Below, piece by piece: positions 9,630-19,059 of a stretch of 32,000 nt of DNA (within the stretch, counting starts at the first letter, position 1; every line of letters begins with the position of its first letter). The stretch spans positions 930,001 to 962,000 of the forward strand of contig NZ_CP064923.1 of assembly GCF_018336915.1 (NCBI RefSeq), read 5' to 3'. Under the pieces are notes generated by a model. It was not told where the DNA came from and did no database searches. It saw nothing but the letters and a program-made list of their open reading frames with translations. Position numbers and translations under genes: made by a program. Source of the stretch: Acaryochloris marina S15. Lineage in GTDB: Bacteria; Cyanobacteriota; Cyanobacteriia; Thermosynechococcales; Thermosynechococcaceae.

Positions 9630-10193
9630 ATGTCCATTATTCAATCGACAGACCTTGAAGCGCGAGGACTGCTCAACGATCAATCGTCAGCATTGCAGAT
9701 CCAGGGCAAATGGTTTAAGCCTGGCCCTGCATTTACAAAATCCTTACTGCAAACCGCGTTAGACTTCTGTAAGGATGCCCGGGAGCATGGACGACAGTAT
9801 TTACTCATTGAATTCCCTACCTATTTCATGGCTTGGCAGCGAATTCGACCCAAAACATCCCCATCCCCCTCTCAGAAGCCCTCTACTGCCAAACCAACCC
9901 TTCCCACTCAAACACCACCGCCTCCCCCACCCAAGCAGACAGCCCAGCCCAACACACCTGCAGTAGAGCCACCGGATCTATCCACTAAAGCAACCCTTGC
10001 TAGTGTTAATCGAATCTTTATTAACCGGTGTAAAACGGAACTGGCAGTTCATGTTGGGCCCATGGCCGATTTCTTAACGGAACAAACTCTAAAACAGTCT
10101 CCTCATCTATCGCCCCAACAGCTTATTGAGGCTCTCGCCCTGCAAATACCTGACACCAAAGCAGCTCTGGCTTTTCGCCAATCATTGGAGTAA
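9630..10193 (+). CDS. Hypothetical protein, paralogue 1 of a tandem pair (N-terminal domain, Pro-rich linker, C-terminal helical domain)
   Basis: I moved the start to ATG 9630 (MSIIQSTDL) so it aligns with paralogue 2 (MKVIQVQDL). Shared blocks: G..F..GP...K.L..A...C......G...LL.......W.R and FI.RCK.ELA..(V/I)GP(M/I)A....(E/Q)QTL. Confidence 0.7.
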   Translation: MSIIQSTDLEARGLLNDQSSALQIQGKWFKPGPAFTKSLLQTALDFCKDAREHGRQYLLIEFPTYFMAWQRIRPKTSPSPSQKPSTAKPTLPTQTPPPPPPKQTAQPNTPAVEPPDLSTKATLASVNRIFINRCKTELAVHVGPMADFLTEQTLKQSPHLSPQQLIEALALQIPDTKAALAFRQSLE

Positions 10194-10456
10194 GGTCATT
10201 ATTCCGCAATTGCAAATAAATATTTTTGTTTTCTGATATCACTATCCTGGAAAATACTGTTAGTCACGAACAGAAACTCCCATAGGTTTTGCCCATGATT
10301 AATGGGCAAGTAAGTGATTATTAAAGCTATAGCCGCTTGTCTCAAGATAAGTTTACACTTGCCGAGTTGACGTTCTATACTCAACAGTAATTAGCTCTGC
10401 TAACAGAGTGGTTTAAGGGGGAATTTGCTTGCTACCACTTCAGCAGGAGGATTCTC

Positions 10457-11047
10457 TTGAAAGTCATTCAAGTTCAAGATCTGCAAGCACAAGATATACA
10501 AAGTATTAACGATCATCAGCTCCTATTTCACGGTCAATTATTCCAATTGGGGCCTAAAATCTCTAAGAAGCTAGAGAAAGCAGTACTAGAATATTGCCAA
10601 ATTTCCTGCAAATCGGGTCAAGCTTGCCTGTTGCAAGACGATGGATCTCATTGGGTGGTCTGGAAACGGGTCAAAAAACTAGCTAGACAATCAACGGCAC
10701 TACTCCCTAGTCATCAAGTAAATGTCTCCCGAGAGCACTCCCTCTCTCCCCACTTTATTGATCGTTGTAAGCAAGAGCTAGCAAACTGTATTGGTCCAAT
10801 TGCAGAATTAGTTTTTCAACAGACCCTGGCTGGCCTCGATATGGACACCCTGAAACCTCAGGAATTTGTTACAGCCTTAAGCCAAAACATTCCATCTTCT
10901 TCATTAGCCTCTAGATTCCATGATCATTGCCAACAGGCATCAGAAGCAGAGGTGGTCGCATCCAAAGTTCGATCCATGAAGCGCTCTACTCAAACAAGCG
11001 GTTATTTCAGCCATAGTAAGGGGGTTCATTCCCCAGTTTCCATTTAA
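10457..11047 (+). CDS. Hypothetical protein, paralogue 2 of the tandem pair
   Basis: TTG start with AGGAGG 6 nt upstream. It aligns end to end with 9630..10193 except for the linker and a basic, Ser-rich tail. The last 41 nt overlap the convergent thioredoxin-like gene. Confidence 0.7.
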   Translation: MKVIQVQDLQAQDIQSINDHQLLFHGQLFQLGPKISKKLEKAVLEYCQISCKSGQACLLQDDGSHWVVWKRVKKLARQSTALLPSHQVNVSREHSLSPHFIDRCKQELANCIGPIAELVFQQTLAGLDMDTLKPQEFVTALSQNIPSSSLASRFHDHCQQASEAEVVASKVRSMKRSTQTSGYFSHSKGVHSPVSI

Positions 11048-11588
11048 TATTGCAACCGATACTCGGTTTTTGCTGCGCAGCAATCGGCTGTTCTGCCAGG
11101 GCAGCATCCAAAGCCCCCCGTAAATCTTCCCCAGTCACCATCAGGTTATTGCTGGGACGGCTATCATCTAGCTGTCCCCGGTAGACAAGTTTACGGTGGG
11201 CATCAAAAACAAAAAAGTCTGGCGTACAGGCCGCCGTATATTGCTTGGCAACGTCTTGGCGTTCATCAAAACAGATAGGAAAGTTATAACCGAGGCTGGT
11301 GGCCATTGCTGTTAAGTGCTCTGGATCATCCAAGGGGTGGCTCTGGATATCATTGGAGCTAATCGCAACCATTCCCAAGCTTTGAGCAGAATAATCTTGA
11401 CCAATCTGAGCGAGTTCCGATTGGACATGTTTCACAAACGGACAATGCTGGCAAATAAACATCACCAACAGAACTTTGCGGTGGGCAAATGTATCTAAGG
11501 AAATGGTTTGCCCACTGACCACATCAGGTAGCTGAAAGTTGGGGGCGGGTGTTCCCAAGTCCAACATTGTAGAAGCGGTTAACACCAT
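11007..11588 (-). CDS. Thioredoxin-fold protein (AhpC/TSA-redoxin/TlpA-like thiol-disulfide oxidoreductase)
   Basis: 193 aa with a CxxC-type site in the typical context (VLLVMFICQHCPFVKH) and redoxin-like spacing of later blocks (TPDFFVFD). Confidence 0.75.
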   Translation of the reverse strand: MVLTASTMLDLGTPAPNFQLPDVVSGQTISLDTFAHRKVLLVMFICQHCPFVKHVQSELAQIGQDYSAQSLGMVAISSNDIQSHPLDDPEHLTAMATSLGYNFPICFDERQDVAKQYTAACTPDFFVFDAHRKLVYRGQLDDSRPSNNLMVTGEDLRGALDAALAEQPIAAQQKPSIGCNIKWKLGNEPPYYG

Positions 11589-11855
11589 AATTTCTACCCT
11601 TAAGCAATTAGCACACTTACTTTATTCTGCCGTGGTCCAGCTCAGTACACCAAGCTGTCATTCTTAACCTGCCGCCATTCATCCATTCCAGACGGATACA
11701 ACGAGGCAACGGTTATCTTTTCACCCCAAAGCTAACAGAATTGGTGAAAGAGATGAAGAAAACGCCTTAAATAAAAGATCTATGTCATCTTGTTGGCAGT
11801 GCCACAGCACGCAATCCTGGGTTCAAATGTAAATCACCACATAATGTGCTCACAC

Positions 11856-13526
11856 ATGAGAAATTGGCAAACGATTGAGAACACGGCCTTTGACCTCATC
11901 GTGATTGGGGGAGGGAGTAATGGGGCAGGGGTTGCCCGTGATGCTGCCCTGCGGGGACTCAAAACCCTGTTAATCGATAAAGATGATTTTGGCAGCGGCA
12001 CCACAGGCTGGTCTAGTCGACTGATTCATGGCGGCCTGCGATACCTGGAATACTTCGAGTTCAATCTGGTCCGGGAATCCTTACGAGAGCGGGAAGTGCT
12101 ATTACGGGTGGCCCCCCATTTAGTCCGACCTCTGCAGATGTCAATCCCCGTCTATGCCAGTGGCTCGCGGGCGTTCTGGGAAATTCAGGCCGGAATGCTG
12201 CTCTATGATGTCCTCAGTTTTGATAAATCTCTACCCAATCACCGGATTCTCCCGCTGCAAAAGTGCTTACAGCTATTTCGGCACCTGAATCCTAAAGGGC
12301 TGAAAGGGGCAGCTCAATATTTTGATGCCCAAGTCGTCCATGCTGAACGCCTCTGTTTGGAGTTAGTGCTGTCGGCCCAAGTAGCAGGGGCTACGGCGCT
12401 CAACTACGCAAAAGTATCTCAGCTTCAGGTTGAGGGGGACCGCGTCCAAGGGATCACCGTTGAAGATTTGATCTCAGAGACATCCCATACCGTCCAACTG
12501 TCACCCCAAGCCGTGGTGATTAATACGGCAGGTCCCTGGGTCGATCAGGTCTTACAAGGGATACAGTCCTCGACCCTGAAACAAGACCGAAAAATCGGTG
12601 GCACTAAAGGCAGCCACATTATTGTAGATCCGTTCCCAGGAGCACCTGATGCCGCCCTCTACGCAGAAGCCGCGGTTGATAACCGTCCGTTTTTCATTCT
12701 GCCCTGGGCGAATCAGTATCTGATTGGGACGACTGATATTCGGTATGGGGACGATTTGGATCGGGTTAAAGCCAGTGATGATGAAATTGATTATTTACTA
12801 AATGAAACCAATCGAGTCATTCCCTGTGCTCAGCTCTCTCGGGCAGATATTCGCTTTACCTACGCAGGCGTCAGACCTTTACCCTACAGCAAAGGCAAAA
12901 AGACCAGCAGTATTACCCGCAGTCATGTTCTCTACGATCACGGCAAAGACGGTATTACCAACTTGATCTCTTTAATTGGCGGTAAACTCACCACCTATCG
13001 GCAGGTAGCTGAAGAGATGGTGGATGCAGTCTTGAAAAAGCAAGGTCGTGCCCTTATTCCTTGTGCAACTAAGCAAGAGCTGTTTCCGGGTGCGATCGCA
13101 CTCGACGATACCTTGATCGAAACCATGATCAGCAAATACCAGGCCCTTGTTAGCCGAGAAGCAATCTTTCATCTGTTCTCCATCTATGGCAGTTTTGCAG
13201 TGAAGATTTTGGCCCTAGTGGATGAAACCCCAGAACTAGCAGAGCCGATTACCCCATCGCTGCTCGATATTAAAGCCCAAGTGGTCTATGCCGTCCAAGT
13301 CGAACAAGCCTACACCCTCGTCGATATTTGTGTGCGGCGCACAATTTTGGCGATGCAAACGAATTACGGTTTTGATGTGCTTCCGTCAGTGACAGCGATT
13401 TTGAAGCAATACTGCAACTGGAGTGACGCGGATTGCGATCGCCAAGTTCAAAATTATCACCGCTTTATGGAAGCCAATAGTTTGCCTGATTTTATGATGG
13501 CTCAGACAACAGCGCCTGTCAGTTGA
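11856..13526 (+). CDS. glpD: FAD-dependent glycerol-3-phosphate dehydrogenase/oxidase
   Basis: Dinucleotide fold FDLIVIGGGSNGAGVARDAALRG followed by WSSRLIHGGLRYLE. I chose ATG 11856 (MRNWQT) over the TTG at 11790 used in the ORF track. Confidence 0.85.
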   Translation: MRNWQTIENTAFDLIVIGGGSNGAGVARDAALRGLKTLLIDKDDFGSGTTGWSSRLIHGGLRYLEYFEFNLVRESLREREVLLRVAPHLVRPLQMSIPVYASGSRAFWEIQAGMLLYDVLSFDKSLPNHRILPLQKCLQLFRHLNPKGLKGAAQYFDAQVVHAERLCLELVLSAQVAGATALNYAKVSQLQVEGDRVQGITVEDLISETSHTVQLSPQAVVINTAGPWVDQVLQGIQSSTLKQDRKIGGTKGSHIIVDPFPGAPDAALYAEAAVDNRPFFILPWANQYLIGTTDIRYGDDLDRVKASDDEIDYLLNETNRVIPCAQLSRADIRFTYAGVRPLPYSKGKKTSSITRSHVLYDHGKDGITNLISLIGGKLTTYRQVAEEMVDAVLKKQGRALIPCATKQELFPGAIALDDTLIETMISKYQALVSREAIFHLFSIYGSFAVKILALVDETPELAEPITPSLLDIKAQVVYAVQVEQAYTLVDICVRRTILAMQTNYGFDVLPSVTAILKQYCNWSDADCDRQVQNYHRFMEANSLPDFMMAQTTAPVS

Positions 13527-13550
13527 TGTTCTCGTTAGGATCTTGCTTTC

Positions 13551-14483
13551 ATGTCCACAACAGCCATCACTATCTTGGGCACAGGGGTTTGGGGGTCAGC
13601 CTTAGGGACCCTAGCCCAAGTCAATCAACATGAAGTGACGGTTTGGTCCCGCCGGGGACCGTTAACGTTAGCAGAAAGCCTAGCTCAAGCTCAGGTGATT
13701 GTGGTTGCCATCTCCATGAAAGGCATCCCCGGTATTGCCGCTCAGCTCCAGCAGCTAGAGCTACCCCACTCAACCATCATCGTCAGTGCCACTAAAGGGT
13801 TAGATCAGACAACGCTCCGCACTCCCTCCCAAATTTGGCAGGCCACTTTTCCAAACAACCCTGTTTTGGTCCTCTCTGGCCCCAATTTATCTAAGGAGAT
13901 TGAGCAAGGGTTGCCTGCGGCAACGGTGGTTGCAGGCCCTAATCAAGCGGCTGTAGAAACGGTGCAACAGCTTTTTTCTTCGGACTGTTTGCGAGTCTAT
14001 ACCAACCCTGATCTATTAGGTACGGAATTGGGTGGGACCCTGAAAAACGTGATTGCGATCGCAGTCGGGGTTTGCGAAGGCCTCAAACTCGGCACCAATG
14101 CCCGGGCTGCGTTGATCACGCGAGCACTCCCAGAGATGATTCGAGTCGGCACCCATTTGGGAGGACAGGCAGAAACCTTTTTTGGACTATCCGGCTTAGG
14201 AGATTTGTTAGCCACCTGTACGAGTCCCCTCAGCCGTAACTATCAAGTGGGGTATCAACTAGCCCAAGGCAACTCCCTCACCCAAATTTTAGATCAACTC
14301 CAAGGAACTGCAGAAGGGGTAAATACCACCAATGTCCTGGTCGATTTGGCCAACCGAGAAGGCATCCCTATTCCCATTGCTCGCCAAGTTCATCGACTTC
14401 TGAAGGGACGAATTACCCCCCAGGAAGCTTTAGGAAGCCTGATGGATAGAGAACTGAAACCAGAATCTTGTGATTTGTTGTAA
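13551..14483 (+). CDS. gpsA: NAD(P)H-dependent glycerol-3-phosphate dehydrogenase
   Basis: 310 aa. N-terminal Rossmann fold ILGTGVWGSALG, plus SGPNLSKEI and GTLKNVIAIAVG motifs typical of GpsA. Confidence 0.88.
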   Translation: MSTTAITILGTGVWGSALGTLAQVNQHEVTVWSRRGPLTLAESLAQAQVIVVAISMKGIPGIAAQLQQLELPHSTIIVSATKGLDQTTLRTPSQIWQATFPNNPVLVLSGPNLSKEIEQGLPAATVVAGPNQAAVETVQQLFSSDCLRVYTNPDLLGTELGGTLKNVIAIAVGVCEGLKLGTNARAALITRALPEMIRVGTHLGGQAETFFGLSGLGDLLATCTSPLSRNYQVGYQLAQGNSLTQILDQLQGTAEGVNTTNVLVDLANREGIPIPIARQVHRLLKGRITPQEALGSLMDRELKPESCDLL

Positions 14484-14758
14484 TTTGCCCCCAACCTATC
14501 CATTTGCATCTTGGACAATGAACATCAGTCTGCGATAGTTGCTGGATTCGTATTAGATTCTCTCTCGCCACTCTTAAACTCACCAGATATATCAACGGTG
14601 CATTCAACATTCACTGGCAAACCAAAGAACGTTCTTATCCATAAGGCTCAATATATTCAGGCAGCCTATACCTGGCCTACAGAATCCCGCTAGACTATGA
14701 AGCAGACCTCCCCCTGTTCAAGAGGTATTGAATTGTTGCCTGTCAGACTAATACCACC

Positions 14759-15916
14759 ATGCAAATCTACTTAGATTACAGTGCAACCACTCCTTGCCAC
14801 CCAGACGTGATTACTGCCATGGGCACAATCTGGGCAGAACAATGGGGAAATCCTTCTAGTTTGCATGAGTGGGGGCAGCGGTCTGCAACTGTTCTAGAAC
14901 AAGCCCGCATGCAGGTCGCAGACTTGATTCATGCTCCCGCCGAGTCGATTATTTTCACTTCAGGTGGGACGGAAGCCAATAACTTAGCATTAATGGGCAT
15001 CGCTAGAACCTTTGCCCAACCCCAACATTTAATCATCTCTAGCATTGAGCATTCTGCGATTACTGAGCCTGCTCAACTATTAGAGCAACAGGGATGGCAG
15101 GTCACTCGTTTGCCCGTAGACGCCCAAGGTCATATCTCTCCAAACGCTCTCAAAAACTCAATCCAAAGTAATACCGTTTTGGTCTCAGTGATTTATGGGC
15201 AGAGCGAGATTGGCACCCTCCAATTGATCCAAACTTTAGGCCAAATGGCTCGCGATCGAGGGGTACTTTTCCATACCGATGCGGTGCAGGTCGCCGGTCG
15301 ACTCCCTATTGATGTGCAAACCTTGCCTGTTGATTTGCTCTCCCTCTCTAGCCATAAACTCTATGGTCCCCAAGGAGCAGGCGCTTTATATGTGCGTCCT
15401 GGAACTAACCTTATTCCCTTATTAGCAGGGGGCGGACAAGAACAAGGGATGCGATCAGGAACACCGGCTGTGCCGATTCTGGCGGGGTTTGGTCTGGCGG
15501 CTGAAATTGCGGCTGAAGAAATGGAAACAGAGGGTTTACGACTGATACAGCTGCGCGATCGCATGTTTTCCCAACTCAGCACCTCTCCCTACCTCCAGCC
15601 AACAGGAGACCTGAACCAACGATTACCCCATCACGTCAGCTTTTGCCTCCACCCTGTCACGGATATCACTGGCAAGACCTTAGTCCGACAGATGAATTTG
15701 GCCGGCATTGCCATTAGTGCCGGGTCGGCTTGCCATAGCGGTAAGCTAGCACCCAGCCCCATTCTGAAAGCCATGGGGTACTCGGATCAGCAAGCTTTAT
15801 CTGGCATTCGCTTGACCTTAGGCAAGCAAACAACCCTTGAAGATATTGATTGGACCATTACAGCCTTAAATCAACTGCTGCACCGGCTGATGCCTCAATC
15901 GGCTGTGATTGCTTAA
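14759..15916 (+). CDS. Cysteine desulfurase (class V aminotransferase, NifS/IscS-like)
   Basis: 385 aa. Motifs IYLDYSATTP and FTSGGTEANN, the PLP-lysine context SLSSHKLYGPQGAGALY, and the active-site loop SAGSACHSG. Confidence 0.88.
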   Translation: MQIYLDYSATTPCHPDVITAMGTIWAEQWGNPSSLHEWGQRSATVLEQARMQVADLIHAPAESIIFTSGGTEANNLALMGIARTFAQPQHLIISSIEHSAITEPAQLLEQQGWQVTRLPVDAQGHISPNALKNSIQSNTVLVSVIYGQSEIGTLQLIQTLGQMARDRGVLFHTDAVQVAGRLPIDVQTLPVDLLSLSSHKLYGPQGAGALYVRPGTNLIPLLAGGGQEQGMRSGTPAVPILAGFGLAAEIAAEEMETEGLRLIQLRDRMFSQLSTSPYLQPTGDLNQRLPHHVSFCLHPVTDITGKTLVRQMNLAGIAISAGSACHSGKLAPSPILKAMGYSDQQALSGIRLTLGKQTTLEDIDWTITALNQLLHRLMPQSAVIA

Positions 15917-15929
15917 GCAGCTGAGAATC

Positions 15930-16082
15930 TTAAGGCGATACGCTTACAGGTCGTTCTGACTGCATTAACTGCATTGCATTCAGTTGAGCATGGGCTAAAA
16001 AGCCCAAACTGACCATGGCGCTAATATACAGGCCAATCGCCAAACTAGTCTTGGAGCAGAGTCGGGAAGTGAAAGAATCCAT
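15930..16082 (-). CDS. Candidate small membrane protein (50 aa), read by hand
   Basis: ATG 16082 to TAA 15930 gives MDSFTSRLCSKTSLAIGLYISAMVSLGFLAHAQLNAMQLMQSERPVSVSP, with one predicted TM helix. There is no clear SD. It lies in a 298-bp convergent gap and is below the ORF-track cutoff. Confidence 0.25.
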   Translation of the reverse strand: MDSFTSRLCSKTSLAIGLYISAMVSLGFLAHAQLNAMQLMQSERPVSVSP

Positions 16083-16214
16083 GATCGTTTCTGAGGGAGC
16101 GAAGGAGTGATGATTCAGTGAGATTCCCTCAGCATGCCAAGACTTAGACTACTTTTGAAGCTTTTGCGATTAATCGTTATAAAACCAACCCTAAGAGATG
16201 GATAAAGTTAACAC

Positions 16215-16721
16215 TCACCCTAGCAGTGCCATATGATGCTGACGACGTTCAGCATCAGGGTCGGGGATGGATGGAACAGCCTGAATTTGCTGAACATAGG
16301 CGGCTGGCAGGCTCAGTTCCAGGGCTCCTTGGACAACGTAAGCTTTGTACCAATGAAACGGACGCAACGTATCGTCCTTAAGCAGGGCCAAGTAGGTAAA
16401 TGCTTCAAGACATCCCTCAGCCGTCACAATACTGAGACATTGGCGTTCATAGCCTACCCCCAAGCTTTCGGCTCGGTCCAAGTGGGGAAGCTCAGATAAA
16501 TCCATCTGAAAAACGGCTCCCCAAACCCTATCGTTGGGTCGTCCGTTGCCTTGAATATTGGCTTTACCAGATTGATCTAAGCCCACTTTATGGAACTGAA
16601 GTTGATACCCCTGGAGTTGGCCCAGACTGATCAAGCAAGCGGAAGGGACCCGCTCTAGTAAACGAGACTGATATAAATTTGATCCGTAGGCGAAGTAATA
16701 GTCTGAATGACTCACGACCAT
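16215..16721 (-). CDS. Gamma-glutamylcyclotransferase (GGCT/AIG2-like) family protein
   Basis: 168 aa with the family pattern YFAYGSNL...L..R...........L.GY.L.F......G.ANI......VWGAVF......L..LDR.E.....YER. Its ATG overlaps the stop of the upstream GGDEF gene (TAATG). Confidence 0.8.
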   Translation of the reverse strand: MVVSHSDYYFAYGSNLYQSRLLERVPSACLISLGQLQGYQLQFHKVGLDQSGKANIQGNGRPNDRVWGAVFQMDLSELPHLDRAESLGVGYERQCLSIVTAEGCLEAFTYLALLKDDTLRPFHWYKAYVVQGALELSLPAAYVQQIQAVPSIPDPDAERRQHHMALLG

Positions 16722-18298
16722 TACTTGGGTGACCCCATAGTTCCCTGGGTTTGATCCGTCAGGGACCGGCGACGGGACCGGCGATCGCGATAGTTTTGTT
16801 TGTCCTGATACATGACTTGATCAGCACAATGCAATAGTTCTGAAAGGGTGCAGCCATCCTGAGGATGACTGGCAACGCCAATACTAGCCGTAATTTTGAG
16901 GGTAATGTTCTCAAGTTCTAGGGGTTGTCGCAGGCGAAGTAAGAGCCGTTCTCGCGTGGTATGGGCAGCATTTTGATTCGCCTTAAATAACAAGGCCACA
17001 AATTCATCCCCACCAATCCGGGCAACAATGTCTCCCTGACGAACGCAAGTTTTCAAGCATTTAGCCACGTAAATTAGCACTGCATCGCCAATCTGATGAC
17101 CATAGGTATCATTAATTGGCTTGAAGTCATTTAAATCCACGTATAACAACGCCACTGGCCACAATCCTTTGCCCGCACTACTAAGGGACAATTGGCCTGA
17201 GATTTCCAATTGGCGGCGATTACACAACCCAGTAAGACTATCAAAGTAGGCAAAGTGCTTCAGCTGCGCTTGTTTTTGATGCTCAACGGTAACATCACGA
17301 ATAATGACCAGAGATCCCACAAGACGCTGGCCAGGGCTGTGCAACGTCCGAATTTTGACTTCTTTTAATAAGGTTTGGGAAAATTGAAACAGCTTAATGG
17401 TTTCTGTTATTTCTTGGGTCAGGGGCGTTGTCAGCAAGTGCTGATAGGCGGGAAAACCAACGTGAAATGGCTGTCCCAAAATATTGTCAAACAGACTCTC
17501 TCGATACGCACTGGGATTCAAATCAACAATATGATTTTGGGTATCTAGGAAAATCACTGCATCTTCCGTGTTGAGAAATACAGTGCGGTAGGAAATGGGG
17601 GAGACCTCAAACAGTTTGCCGCGAAATAGCCCCACAACCACGATCAAACCGCTCAGAGCAAAACTAACCGGAGTCAGATCTAACCCATAGAAATGGACTC
17701 TTGCCAACAGGTACAACAGGCTGGAAAAGAAGGGAATAATCGACGCAGACAGCAGTATCAAAATCTGTTGTCGATAGATCTGGGAACTGGCGAAATAGGC
17801 GTTGAGGAGAACGCCGACGCCCCCTAGCAGAAGCAAGTAGTTATAGGGCATCATCACATAGCTAAACCACCAGCCATGCTCAATCATCAGTTGGGGAGCA
17901 GGGGTATGCCCTAGTTCTACAGAAGCCCAAATCAGACCATGCCAGGGATCTGTAAAGGCAAAGATCATGCTCAGCAATGGCAACACCATCATCCCTCTCG
18001 TTCTCTGGATGCTCAGACGAGAATCGTTATGGGTGTATTGCAGGGTAAAGACTAGCCAAAAGACGGCAAAAAACGGAATGCCGAGGTATTGCAGTTTGCC
18101 GAAAACGATGCGAGGGGTGGCTTCAGTGCTGAGATATTCTAAGACCGCAAAGAAGCACCAGATAAAGAGGCTGAGAATACATCCAAAGAAGGATTTTGCT
18201 CCCGTAACGGCCCGTCGTTGCCATACATAGATAGCAATACTGCCTGTAGCAAAAGCTGCGATCGCAGGTAGAAGCGCTAGGAGGTAGTAAATCAGCAT
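16721..18298 (-). CDS. Diguanylate cyclase: N-terminal 7TM sensor module, PAS-like region, GGDEF domain
   Basis: 525 aa with about seven N-terminal TM helices resembling the histidine-kinase 7TM N-terminal module. GGDEF domain with an intact active site (RIGGDEF) and an RxxD I-site five residues upstream (RQGD). Confidence 0.88.
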   Translation of the reverse strand: MLIYYLLALLPAIAAFATGSIAIYVWQRRAVTGAKSFFGCILSLFIWCFFAVLEYLSTEATPRIVFGKLQYLGIPFFAVFWLVFTLQYTHNDSRLSIQRTRGMMVLPLLSMIFAFTDPWHGLIWASVELGHTPAPQLMIEHGWWFSYVMMPYNYLLLLGGVGVLLNAYFASSQIYRQQILILLSASIIPFFSSLLYLLARVHFYGLDLTPVSFALSGLIVVVGLFRGKLFEVSPISYRTVFLNTEDAVIFLDTQNHIVDLNPSAYRESLFDNILGQPFHVGFPAYQHLLTTPLTQEITETIKLFQFSQTLLKEVKIRTLHSPGQRLVGSLVIIRDVTVEHQKQAQLKHFAYFDSLTGLCNRRQLEISGQLSLSSAGKGLWPVALLYVDLNDFKPINDTYGHQIGDAVLIYVAKCLKTCVRQGDIVARIGGDEFVALLFKANQNAAHTTRERLLLRLRQPLELENITLKITASIGVASHPQDGCTLSELLHCADQVMYQDKQNYRDRRSRRRSLTDQTQGTMGSPK

Positions 18299-18508
18299 GG
18301 TCGGTCTTGAATTAGCACCATCGTAGCCCTAATTCTGTTGCCCCCGCCAGAGTATAGGAGGCAAATTCTCTTTTTTCGGTGGCTTGTTTTTCTAAAAAAA
18401 CTTTTTGCAGCGGGCTAAGACGCAAAATTCAGCCGAGAAGGTTGGATGGGCTTGCAGAAAGTTAGCCAATTTGTGTTAGCCTAAATTGTGCTGAATATCC
18501 AGCACCAC

Positions 18509-18579
18509 GCGGGTGTAGTTTAGTGGTAAAACCTTAGCCTTCCAAGCTAATGATGGGGGTTCGATTCCCCCCACCCGCT
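18509..18579 (+). tRNA. tRNA-Gly (anticodon UCC)
   Basis: Folded by hand. Acceptor GCGGGTG/CACCCGC, D stem GTTT/AAAC, anticodon stem TTAGC/GCTAA with loop CTTCCAA, 4-nt variable loop, T arm GGGGG-TTCGATT-CCCCC, discriminator T. CCA is not encoded. Confidence 0.93.
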
Positions 18580-19059
18580 TTACAAAATATACATTCCAGA
18601 ATTATTTGGCTCTTGTCCGCTTTTGGTGATTCAGAAAATGTGTTGTAATTCTGCTCACAGATAAAAACTAAACAAGGCCGAACTCCCTAATCTACCGTTA
18701 TAAGTCTCAATCAATTTAGCAAATAATGAGGCTCTAAATTGTATCTCTTACTCAGCTCACCAAAAGAGGTCAAGACTCAATTGTTTGTCCGTCTTCCAGA
18801 ATCAATGTCACAAAACTAGAAATGTGACTGGTATTTTGGGGATATCTTGGGTGTTATTGTTCTCGACCGAAGAACGCAAAACCTTCTCTCCTCAAAGATT
18901 TCTGAGCATTTCAAGCTCATTCAATCTCGATGCTTTTTTAAGAATCTTCCTAATTTCAAATGGACCGAATAAAAGTTTCTGGTTCGTTTTTCAGAATTAG
19001 TGCGCATCATCAGCTGTGAAAAGCAGCAACACTTTTTGTTGTTCGAGTGCATACAAGTG

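Noticed and set aside
16762-16785. Tandem 12-bp duplication gggaccggcga(c/t) x2 in the C-terminal tail of the GGDEF gene
   Set aside because: It is in frame, encodes a short RRS/RRRS repeat in a disordered basic tail, and partly overlaps a HIP1 site. It is most likely a trivial slippage product.
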